From positions 3,220-67,219 of IMG/VR virus record IMGVR_UViG_3300044699_000032: a DNA stretch of 64,000 bases. The stretch is one strand, 5' to 3'. The DNA is from a virus. Positions 16,280 through 26,057 of this stretch are shown in pieces. Made by a program: the position numbers and the translations under genes. Positions within the stretch are counted from its first letter, which is position 1. Each line of letters starts with the position of its first letter. The notes below the pieces were generated by a model. The model saw only the letters and a list, made by a program, of their open reading frames with translations. It ran no database searches and had not been told where the DNA came from.

Positions 16280-17927
16280 CACATCATCTCAACGTCTGTC
16301 GCGCCGCCCACGATGACCACGCGCGCACTGCCGGGCGGATCGATGGTGATGGTGATCGTCGGCACAACATCAGTCGGCGGGATTGGCGGCTCTATCGGCG
16401 GCTCTTCGCCGACCAGCCGCTGGACCTCCAACAGCATCTCGTTGGCCTGATCCTTTAGCTCGACTTCCCGGCGATTGATCGGACCCCAATGCTGGCGAAG
16501 CGAGCGCAGCCCGAGTGCGGTCACGAAGGCATGGAACACAGGACAATACTTTGAGAGGAACTGATATCGGGCACCATCGCCGCTGCCGAAGTTGTCGAGA
16601 TCGTTCGCGTCCGGTTTGACGCCCTCCTGAAACTCCATCAGGAAGCCGTTGGGGTTTTCCCAGAATTCCGCCAGCAGCGGCGCGATCGCCGAGTCGCACG
16701 AGCGGATGTTCCATGACGTCTGATACATGCCGGCTTCCGCCGTGTCGCTCTGCACATTGGAAGCCGACATGTCACGGCCCTCGCAGTATCGGCCAGATGA
16801 CTCGCGAGGACCAAGCCCGAGCATGAGCGCGAACAGGTGCCGCAGCGTGTCGATACCGTCCTGCTGTTATCCATGCCGAGCGCGTCGAATTTCTCGTCGT
16901 ACCAAGCCAGCACGTCCTTATCTTCATTGCCGGTGTTCTTGCGCGCCATGCGCACCGCCGCCGGATCGACATCGGCCAGCCATTTCTGCGCGAGCGCGAA
17001 GCACAGGGCAACGCCCTGCGTATAGCCGAGCGGCATCTTGCCCCGGTTGTTCCAGTTGTAATTTGCGATCTCCGAACGCTCGACTGCGTCGCAGATATCG
17101 GCGATGAGCTTGGGCGACAGGGGTTCGACTCCATTGGTCTTGCGCGACTCCAAGTCGTCGAGTTCGTCCCAAGTGTCCGGCCCGACGATGCCGTCAGCGC
17201 CGAGCCCGGTCGCCCGCTGGAAGCCTTTGACGCCGCCCTCGGTGATCGAGCCGAAGTCACCGTCCGCCGGGATAATGCCGAGCACGGTCTGCACCTGTGC
17301 GACATCCGGTCCGGTGTCGCCCTTGCCGATCGTCGGGTGATCGCCCGGCTCTACCGGCGGGCCGGGCGGCTCGGGTTCGGGCACTGGGGCGATGGCCTTG
17401 CCGGCAAGCGACTCGGCGATCGCGCGGCAGATCGGATCGAACTTGGCTTCGTAGATGCCTTCGTCTGCCTTCGAGTCGACGAAAGCAAGGTTTCGATCAG
17501 GACCGAGACTTCGTCGCAGGCATTTAGGAACTTGAGATCGGTGCGCTTCTTTGGCCCGCGATTGATCAGGCCGGACGCCGAGCAGATCGCATCGACCACA
17601 TCGTCAGCAACTTCGCTGCCCGCCGATGATACGTAAAGCACCTCGCTTCCCATCGGCTTGCTGGTCGTTTGATATGCATTGAAAGTGCACCGACACGTCG
17701 AGATCATGCGACGGCTGGCTGTTGTGGAAATTCACGATGCGATTGAGGTTGTCGCTTTGCGTCGTGCTGACGTCATCGTGGAAGACCGTCGTGGTGACGC
17801 CCGCATTGCGCAGATAGGTTGCGACCTTCTCGACGACGCGCCGGGCTTCGTCGACTTCGTCGAGGTAGCCAGACGCGCCACGGATTTTCTTACCGTGGCC
17901 GGATGAGATCACGATGCTCTTGGTCAT
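16279..17927 (-). CDS. endolysin: Amidase_3 + peptidoglycan-binding domain + C-terminal lysozyme-like domain, several frameshifts
   Basis: ISSGHG...DEVDEAR...VSVHFNAY...GSEVLY...LIET (amidase_3); PTIGKGDTGPDVAQVQ...DGDFGSITEGGVKGFQRATGLGADGIVGPDTW (PG-binding); RESSGRYCEG...EAGMYQTSW. Confidence 0.85.
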
Positions 17928-17952
17928 TGGTGTTTACCTTTGGCGCGCCATG

Positions 17953-18651
17953 CTATGCCCACGACGCAATGATGGCAGCGTTGCCATCAGCAGTAGCACC
18001 AGTCATGGTGAAGGTTACAGTCGTGTTGACAGAGGCAACGGTGTCAACATGGACATACTCAAAATTCATAGCAGAAGTGGTGAATTGTTCTGCTTGCTCC
18101 ACAAACGGTGCGCTGACCGACATTGCAATGTCAGAACCAGCGCCTGATTCGAAGGCCATTCCAACTGCAAAACCATTTGCATTCACAAGAACGCTAGAGA
18201 TAGCAACACTATTTGCGGCACCGGAATTATTGACACCGGTGAAGGTTGTGGTGCCAACCGCCATGTTGACGGTCCAATAAGCAAACTGCCATCGAAAGCC
18301 AGTGCCGCCGCTAGTAAACACGATATTTGCAGTGGTCCCGGTCGGCACGTTCACGGCAAAAATAGCAGCATCAATACCAATGGAAGCCTGAAACCCGGTC
18401 GCAACGCGCGTGGCAGATATTCCCCCAACGGTACAGGTTATGGCACCAGAAGGAGAAGATTGCACGGCCGCCGTGATAATGACCCATCTATCGGAAGCGG
18501 CTGTCCCTATGGCTTGCGAGGTAAAAGTGTTAGAGGCTGCTGTCGTTTCATCAAACGTCGCTGCGCGAAACGTCAGATTGCTGTGCGCTGCAGCAGCAGC
18601 CACGGTCGGATTGTTGCGCACCTGCGCGGTGCGCGCGAGCATGGTCAGCAT
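17953..18651 (-). CDS. virion structural or fibre-associated protein
   Basis: Ala/Thr/Gly-rich beta-type ORF downstream of the tail fibre. Confidence 0.6.
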   Translation of the reverse strand: MLTMLARTAQVRNNPTVAAAAAHSNLTFRAATFDETTAASNTFTSQAIGTAASDRWVIITAAVQSSPSGAITCTVGGISATRVATGFQASIGIDAAIFAVNVPTGTTANIVFTSGGTGFRWQFAYWTVNMAVGTTTFTGVNNSGAANSVAISSVLVNANGFAVGMAFESGAGSDIAMSVSAPFVEQAEQFTTSAMNFEYVHVDTVASVNTTVTFTMTGATADGNAAIIASWA

Positions 18652-18663
18652 TGAGCGGAGTCC

Positions 18664-19212
18664 CTATGCAGCCGGCCAATTGGCTTTCGGATCGTAAGCG
18701 CTGATCAAGACGGGGTCGGTCATCACTTGCAATTCGCTGACCTTGTCGTCTTCGGCCACGCGCATCGATTGCGCGTCTTGCACGCGCTTGATCATGTTCG
18801 TGACCGTGGTCTTGTCAGGCGCGCTCCACGACGTTCGATCGGTGTATTTGTACAGCAACTGCACTAGCGCGGTGAGCGCTTGAAGTTGTTGCGATCCGGC
18901 CGCGCCAGCCTTCGGCGTCAGGCGTGTTGTCGCTTCATTGTGCACGCCGTTGATCTTGCCGGTACGCATCTGGTCAACTTCGGCAGTGGTCTTCGCGCGC
19001 AAGGTGTAGCGCCAGACGACGCGTGCGGCTTCGATAATGACCTGCGGCGGCTCAGCGCGAACCTGCGTTACCGGATCATAGGTCGCGTTCTCTTCGACCA
19101 CAGGCAACCATTTCGGCTTGTTCGGCGAAATGAGCGATTGATCACCCATCGAACTGAACTCTTGATATTCAAGGATCGTGTTGCCGCTTTGCACCTTTGC
19201 ATAGGTAGCCAT
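18664..19212 (-). CDS. tail fibre assembly/chaperone-like protein
   Basis: YDPVTQV...W.YTLRAKT.AEV motif and terminal ISAYDPKANWP; follows the fibre gene. Confidence 0.6.
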   Translation of the reverse strand: MATYAKVQSGNTILEYQEFSSMGDQSLISPNKPKWLPVVEENATYDPVTQVRAEPPQVIIEAARVVWRYTLRAKTTAEVDQMRTGKINGVHNEATTRLTPKAGAAGSQQLQALTALVQLLYKYTDRTSWSAPDKTTVTNMIKRVQDAQSMRVAEDDKVSELQVMTDPVLISAYDPKANWPAA

Positions 19213-22200
19213 TAGTCGTGTCCTGCGTCTGTCGTGATGAAGAGTGTAATTCCTTCAAGGCGCGCATCTATCGCCAAGGTGTCACTCGCGTTTTGCGTAA
19301 GACGTGTGACTCGGAAGTGAACGAAGTCGCCAGCGGCTGGTGTACCGGCAACAGTTATCGCGGCACTCTCCGCGCCGATGTAGCAGATGTTGAGTGTGCC
19401 AGCAGTCTTGGTGGACGTTTGCCCGGTGCCGTAAGCCGCATCAAAGGTGTCTCCATCTGACGCAGCAACCGCTGCCAACTCGAATACGACGCCACCGGCC
19501 GAAGTCGTAAGCTGACTGAATACTGGCTGGAACGTTACCGTGCTTTCGTTCCATGAGGCGGGCATTCGCCAGCCGAAATATGCGACCTCGCCGGGGTTGA
19601 ACGAAGCATCGAAGTCTAGCGTCTGCAGTTGGACGCTATTCGTGACTGTCACAGCATTGCCAACGGATGGCCCGTTTGTCGCTCTTGGAAACATGGCGGT
19701 GGCGGGAATATAGATCGCCTGCTTGCCGAACGGCGTCGCCGCAGACGAGAGCCGCGCATCTGGCAGCGTGCCCGTTGATAGATTGCTTGCGTCGTTAGCA
19801 CCCAATGTGCCGCGAGCGGTTGTTGCGTCGGTGTCGTCGAGCACCGTCTTCATAAATGTTGACGTTGGAATGCCGAGCGTGGTGAGCGCAGTCGTGGCAT
19901 CAGCATCGTCGACCAGACTGCGGCCGAACGTCGTGATGGTACCGAGCGTCACCGTGTCGGTGCCGGTGCCGTAAAGGTAGCGATCGGCAATCATCGCCTG
20001 CCCGGCGATTGACGTCAGCAGCGCATCGAAGGCTTGCACATTGGTCCCGATCGTCAGGCCGATGGCAGACTGCAAGGCCGTTTGATCGGCCGCGAGCAAC
20101 ACCGAGCGCCCGCCAGCGCCGGACGGGCCGCCTTGCTGCGAGAATGTTAGTGCGGTCGTGTTGAGCGTGCCGCCGGTGTTCGCGGTGCATAACCAAGTCG
20201 TATCGGCGTTAGTGGTGCCTTCCTGCACCGCGACCCATGCGCCAGGATGCGCGTTGAACGTCGCATATTCTGTATGCCGCGTCGGCGTCACGCCGACGAC
20301 ATAGATGCCGTTTTCACCAGCCGATGATTGGCCAGCCACAAGCACGAGGTCGCCGGTCGCGAGGGTGACGCCGTCGAGGCTGTCGGCGTTATTGAGTGCT
20401 GTGGCGATGGTGATGTTGGTCGTCGAGCATGCCCGCACGCGCACGTCGGATCGGATGTCGAGCGCGGCCCGCGTTGCCGTAGAGATCGGCTTATTGGCAT
20501 CGCTGGTGTTGTCGACGTTGCCGAGCCCGACGTCACCCTTGACGATGCCGGTAGGCGTGTTGATGACAGGACTGGTGAACGTCTTGCCGGTGAGTGTCTG
20601 CGTGCCGCCGACCGTCACCACGGACGATGCATTGCTTCCGCTGTGGTGACTTGGAGATCGCCAACGGTGACATTGATCACGCCGGATGAATGCGTGATGG
20701 TCGCGTTACCGTTGTTGTAGTTGATGACCGCGCCGCTCGCGAGGAAGATGTCGGACCACATCTTAGCGGTCGTGCCGAGCGTGACAGTGTCGGTCGTGAT
20801 CGGCGAGAGCGCGCCGCTTGTTTGGTCGACCGAACTATTTCGCAGCAGCTTGCCGGTCGCGCCGTCATAAAGCGCGACGGCCATGTTGGTTGCGGACGCG
20901 GGACCAACAACGTCGCCAGCACCAGCGCCGGCATTGCCCGAGCGGGTGAAGGCGAATGCGCAAGCCTGTCCTGCCGTAAACCCACCCGGCCCCGAGACGT
21001 ATGTCAATGCAACCGTGTCATGAGCACCGAGATCGGTGACGGTGCCGGTCGTGAAGATCGCGTACTTGGATGCGTCTGTCGTTTGGACGATGAACAGCGT
21101 TCCGCGATGAGCGCTGTTTGTGGAGTCATCCCACGACAGGAGATAGGTCGAGAGATCGCTTCCGCCGACGCCCGTCTCGCTGATGAACAAGGTATTGACA
21201 GACGACATGGTCGCGCTGTTCAGCGCAAATTCGTTGGCCGCCAAACCGCTTGCGTCTGTACCGCTATCAAATAGCCATGTCGGCGCGGTCGTCGGTCCTG
21301 CCGCACCTGTTGCACCCGTGGCCCCCGGTTCAAGCGGGATCGGTGATGACTGTGGAAGGTGTCGTTGTTCGCGATCGTTCCGGCGGTCGAGATCGGCGTG
21401 ATGTTGAACGTGTCGTAAGCACCGGCATCAGCGAGCGCCGACGTGACGTAGAATGAAAAGTATGCCGCGCCGCCTTGCTTAATCACGAACACCAAAATCT
21501 TGTTGGTGCCGGTGCCGTTGTCGATCGCGTCCAGCAGCGCGCGAATGTTCAATCCGTTGTTGTCGGTTTCACTAACATGCCACGCCGTAGCGTTTGGTAC
21601 GAACGTCGCGTGGTTGAATAGGAATTTGCCGCTGCCGGGGTCACCGGAGGTAGTGCTATTGAATTGAAACTCAAACCCAGCATCGTCGCCCGCCGCGCCG
21701 GTCGTGCCGGTCGGACCGCGCTCGCCCGCGACGCTCAAGTTCCAATTGGCGATGGTGCCCGAGCCGCTGGTCCCATCGACGTTGAGCGTAAGCGATGAGC
21801 CGCTGTACGCGGTGACGACGCCTTCCATCCAGTTCGTCGTATTGGCGGCATCGGTGGCACGGGCGCGCGTGCCGACCTGATAGGCCAGCCCGGTCTGTGT
21901 CGTGAAGACCTTGCTGCCAGTGCCGATCGTCAGGCTGGTCGTGCTGGTCGCGGCGTAGCTCGGGCCGGATGGGCCGGTCGAGCCGGGATCGCCGTTCGGC
22001 ACAAATATCACACCGACTTGCATCCCATCGGCGAGCGTGCCGCCGCTGGAAACTGAAGTGGCAGCAAACGAATCGTAGACGCCGTTGTCGGTAGCGCCCG
22101 AAGTCAAATCGATGATGGCAAAATTGGTCGGCTGTGTGATGCTGCGGATATACAAGCGGCCTTTGGTCGACGACAGTGATGCACCCCACGTCGCGAGCAA

Positions 22201-22860
22201 CGGCCCGAGTGCGTTGCCGTCGAAATCAGTCTCAGAAATATAGACTGCCGTTGCCGAGCCAACCGCCGCATTGAACCGCAGTTTGCCGGTGCCTGGATCG
22301 GTCGGAGACACCGTTGTGACCGTCGACCACAGATAAGCCAACGCGCCTGACCGTCCCGGTACGCCGGTCGCCCGGATGGTCCAGTCGGCGCGCGAGCCTG
22401 AGCCCGAGAACTGGACGCAGGTGCCTTGCAACGCAGTGCCCGAATAGGACGTGACCTGCAGCACCATCCAGTGTGTGGTCGGATTGGCGTCCGACGAGAT
22501 CAGCAGATAGCTGCCGGCGGGCCACGTCTTGCCGGCCTGCGTCGCAAATGATTTTGAGCCGGTCGAGATCGCCACGCTTGACGTCGAGGTGCCGGATAGG
22601 TTGGCGACCGCAGCCGCCGCGGAGACCGCCGACGCCGACGCCGAGTTGGCATAGGTGACCATAAGGTCAGCGAACAGCGCGAACCCATCGGCGACCTGCG
22701 CGGTGTCCGCAAGGGCGGCGGGGAAGTTGGTAATATGCCCGCCGCCGGCGAGCCCTAGAGGGTTCGTGGCCGGGTTGAAGTTGTTCGAGTTGTAATCATC
22801 CAACCGATTGATCGCGTCCTCGGTCGGCTGATTGATATCTGTACCCCAATCGAATGCCAT
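19212..22860 (-). CDS. long tail fibre protein, frameshifted into three ORFs
   Basis: Starts MAFDWGTDINQ at 22860. Repeated STSSVAISTGSKSF and DPG.GK.RFN modules, short G-X-Y stretches, VGLGNVDNTSDANKPISTAT and VRVRACSTTNI fibre motifs. Confidence 0.8.
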
Positions 22861-22862
22861 GG

Positions 22863-23744
22863 CTACAGCACCTGTATGAAATCGAAGCCGATTGCGGCCC
22901 CGGTGTCGCTGTCGAGATAGGCTTGGATCAGTCGTATTTCCGGCATTTGCTGAATGCGTGCGAGGAATGCGGTCTTGCGACCGCTTGTCGTGCTTTCGGG
23001 ATCGAGATCGACGTAGACCGGCCGGTCGATATCGTGGATTTCGATGATCTGATCGATATCGCCGAGCACTTCCTCTTTCGGCAGCAGCGGCCATGTGACC
23101 GCCAGCCGCTTGCGTGACGCGCGCCGATTGAAATACTGGCTACCGCCGACCGTCTCCTGCACCGATGTCAGCGAGAGCCGGGCGAAGGTCGGATCAACGG
23201 CGACGTTGATCGACGGAATAAACGGCGTGCCGATGAACACATAGCCGACCTCGATATAGCCCTCGGCGTTGGTGGTGTCGTCGAACTCAATCTTCATATA
23301 CTGCACTGACGTTGCGGTCGTAAAATTGTGCCTGATGTCGCGGCCTTGACCGTCCGGATCAAAGAACGGCTCGGCCCCAAGCCAGAAATTCACATCCAAC
23401 CAATCGAACCACTCCAGAACGTTGGTCCAGTCGATGCTGTTGCCGACCGCGATCCAGTTGGTTGTGCCAAGCAAGATGGTGAAATTGATATCGCTGTACC
23501 AGGAGATGCGATATTGCGCGGCGGATGAGAGGTTGGTTGAGATGATTTGCAGGCCGCGAGCGATCAGCGGTTCCGCCATCGCTATCGTGAATTGCGTACT
23601 GACCAACTGCGTATCGACCGAACGCGCTCGTCGCGTCGGAGTCGGGTTGTACAGGTTCGCCAGCGGCAAATTCGGTTGCCACGCGCCGCCGCCAAGCTGC
23701 GCGCTGTCGATCTTGTTGGTGTGATAGAGGGTGAAGTAGCTCAT
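22863..23744 (-). CDS. minor tail (distal tail-type) protein
   Basis: LPLANL...RRARS...NLSSAAQYRI...YMKIEFDDTTNAEGYIEVGYVFIG pattern and position in the tail-tip module. Confidence 0.7.
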   Translation of the reverse strand: MSYFTLYHTNKIDSAQLGGGAWQPNLPLANLYNPTPTRRARSVDTQLVSTQFTIAMAEPLIARGLQIISTNLSSAAQYRISWYSDINFTILLGTTNWIAVGNSIDWTNVLEWFDWLDVNFWLGAEPFFDPDGQGRDIRHNFTTATSVQYMKIEFDDTTNAEGYIEVGYVFIGTPFIPSINVAVDPTFARLSLTSVQETVGGSQYFNRRASRKRLAVTWPLLPKEEVLGDIDQIIEIHDIDRPVYVDLDPESTTSGRKTAFLARIQQMPEIRLIQAYLDSDTGAAIGFDFIQVL

Positions 23745-24448
23745 GTTCCAAACACCCGCCAGTAAACCCGGATGCCGTTTAACGCGGTGAATTGCACTTC
23801 CGCGCCATTTTGGGCGAGCACCGCCCTTAGCCGCATCTGAGTCGTCGTGAGCAAAACCACGCTGACGATCACGTTATTGATGTCGAAAGGCAGAACGGTT
23901 TCGGGCGGCAGATAATCAAGCTCAAGCTTTGCGATGGCATGGATGCCGAACACTTCGGCGAACGTAGTCTGAAAGGTGTGCTCAACGACGCCGTCGTAAG
24001 ATTGGTCTTCGGCATCGGTAGCACTAAGCACCGCGCTCTGGCTGATCGTCTGACCCCATTCCTCGACCCTTCCATCTGGGTAACGCATGAAGCCGTTCGG
24101 CTGCAGCACCGCGTCGACGACGTTCGCCTCGGTACCGACGACGCCGGCGGTCGGTGATGCCGGGAACCACTCGCCATAGAGGTGCGAGCGATCGCGTGGT
24201 CTGACCCAGTAGTAGTAACTAGCGCCGCGGGGAACGCCGCGATGGGTAAAGATATTGCCGGACGTCTCACCAACGAACTGCGGCGCGTCCCGGTTGTTGG
24301 TGCTGTTTTTCCAAACTTCGGTCGCGTCGAAACGCAGGTAGGGCAGGCCGTTGACGTTGGGATCGAGCGGAGTATCCCATGCCAATGTGATTTGGTTCGC
24401 CTCACCGGTGGCGGTCAAACCAGAAACTGTGATGTTGGAGTCAGCCAT
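23741..24448 (-). CDS. minor tail protein with an Fn3-like N-terminus and a gp53-like C-terminus
   Basis: GLTATG...ITLAW...TEVW...YYYWVR (Fn3-like); NGFMRYPDGRVEEWG (gp53-like). Confidence 0.65.
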   Translation of the reverse strand: MADSNITVSGLTATGEANQITLAWDTPLDPNVNGLPYLRFDATEVWKNSTNNRDAPQFVGETSGNIFTHRGVPRGASYYYWVRPRDRSHLYGEWFPASPTAGVVGTEANVVDAVLQPNGFMRYPDGRVEEWGQTISQSAVLSATDAEDQSYDGVVEHTFQTTFAEVFGIHAIAKLELDYLPPETVLPFDINNVIVSVVLLTTTQMRLRAVLAQNGAEVQFTALNGIRVYWRVFGT

Positions 24449-26057
24449 AGAGCGTCAGCGTCAGTGTGGCCACGTCGTCGAAATCATCGATCCGCCCGAG
24501 CACGCGGTATATCTCGCCATTGCCGACTTCGGCCCCGAGCCCCATGCGACCGGACCTCGATCTTAGTTCGACCACTTCGCCGACGCCGGGATCGTCGGCA
24601 GTGTCTTCCGACATCGGAACGGTGATCCGCCAGATATCACGCTGACCGCTGTAAATCGTGAGCAACCGATTTGCTTCTGCCTGAGCAGCGGCTTGCGTCA
24701 ATAGGCGGGTGTCCACAGTGATGGTCGGGGCGTGCGGCCACTTGATCAGAACGCTGGCGTCCTCAGCGCTGGCCTGCCGCCATTCCTGCGCCAGATACTG
24801 CGCGCGCAGCGGATTGCTTTCGACCACTTGCCCGAACAGATCGCCGCTGGTTTGCACGACGTCCAATTGATCGTAGCGAACAATGACCTTCCACGCCGGC
24901 ACGCCTTTGCTGTCGTCACCGGATTCGATCCGCTCGGGATTGCCGCCGATGTTGTCGTCAAAATCGTAGGATGTAACCGGCGACCCAGTTGGCAGATCGA
25001 ACCGGCCGCAATCGAACATGGAAGAATTATCGCTCTGTGGCAGCATCCAAGCACCGACCGAATTGAGCACGCGCATGATGGCGCTCAAGGCGCTTTCGGT
25101 ATCGCTGACGACGACGCCGCATTCGGCGGAATTGAGCACATCGAGTGCGGTCACATCCGAGAGCGACAGGACAACCGTCGATCCCGGATACATGGATTGA
25201 AACCACTGCATCATGCGGCGCGCGATCTGCCCCGCCGTTCGCGCCGCTGCGTTGGTGCCCTCGACCACATCGGCGGTGACCGCGCCGACCGCGGCCGTCC
25301 CCAACCGAAACAGGCCAAGCGAGACGCACGAGACGTAGTGCCCTGGAAGAACGCTCGCGGCGAACAGGGCCGTCAGATTGCCGACGTCGCCATCGTTCGT
25401 GAGCGCGATGCCGCCGTCGTAAACGGCGATCGACACGACCGGCCCATCGCTGACTTGCCAAACGAGATCGAAGTGATTGACATCGACACAGGCGACGTTG
25501 TGGACCGTGCCCCACAGCTTGCGCTTGATCTGATCTTTCAGATCGGTGTCGCCATCGACAGTGCCCTGCCCGCCGCTGGTCGTGGTGCCGAGATATTTGT
25601 TGACCAGCAGCGGCTTGTCCAAATCCTGCAGCCGATCGTGAATGATGATGTCGAATTGCTCCAGCGCATTGGTCGACACCAGATTCTCGACCGTGCCGAC
25701 AAACCGCGTCATCCGCTGCGCGAAGGGTTCCGTCTGCGTCGTCAGGCTGTAGATAGTGACAAAGCGGAAGGCGTAGTCTTTCCACTCATCGATGAATTCC
25801 TCATAGCCGCCGGGCGCGCCGTTGAAGACCGATATGTTGCCGAACCCGACCTCGGACTGGCCGCCGGTGGTGCCCCCGCTGACGCCGTCGCCGTTGCCGA
25901 ACATCGATCGCTCAAGCCGACCGACCGACGCCAGCCGCGGGCGATAGAATTGATTGGCCGGCACATCGGCCGGGCCGGAACGCACGCCGTGCGTGGCGAC
26001 GTAGAGCTTGCTCGTCGAGACGCCGTCGTGCACGTCGAATTCCACGAGAAAGATCAC
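24441..26057 (-). CDS. tail-tip/baseplate hub protein (in frame with the TMP in this read)
   Basis: GTG at 26057 gives MIFLVEFDVHDG...YRPRL...YLGT...WGTVHNV...VYDGG, a globular hub-type sequence unlike the helical TMP. Confidence 0.7.
   Translation of the reverse strand: MIFLVEFDVHDGVSTSKLYVATHGVRSGPADVPANQFYRPRLASVGRLERSMFGNGDGVSGGTTGGQSEVGFGNISVFNGAPGGYEEFIDEWKDYAFRFVTIYSLTTQTEPFAQRMTRFVGTVENLVSTNALEQFDIIIHDRLQDLDKPLLVNKYLGTTTSGGQGTVDGDTDLKDQIKRKLWGTVHNVACVDVNHFDLVWQVSDGPVVSIAVYDGGIALTNDGDVGNLTALFAASVLPGHYVSCVSLGLFRLGTAAVGAVTADVVEGTNAAARTAGQIARRMMQWFQSMYPGSTVVLSLSDVTALDVLNSAECGVVVSDTESALSAIMRVLNSVGAWMLPQSDNSSMFDCGRFDLPTGSPVTSYDFDDNIGGNPERIESGDDSKGVPAWKVIVRYDQLDVVQTSGDLFGQVVESNPLRAQYLAQEWRQASAEDASVLIKWPHAPTITVDTRLLTQAAAQAEANRLLTIYSGQRDIWRITVPMSEDTADDPGVGEVVELRSRSGRMGLGAEVGNGEIYRVLGRIDDFDDVATLTLTLYG

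Noticed and set aside
17953-24448. Diversity-generating retroelement or invertible fibre cassette
   Set aside because: No reverse transcriptase or invertase, and no TR/VR-like pair differing at adenines was noticed.
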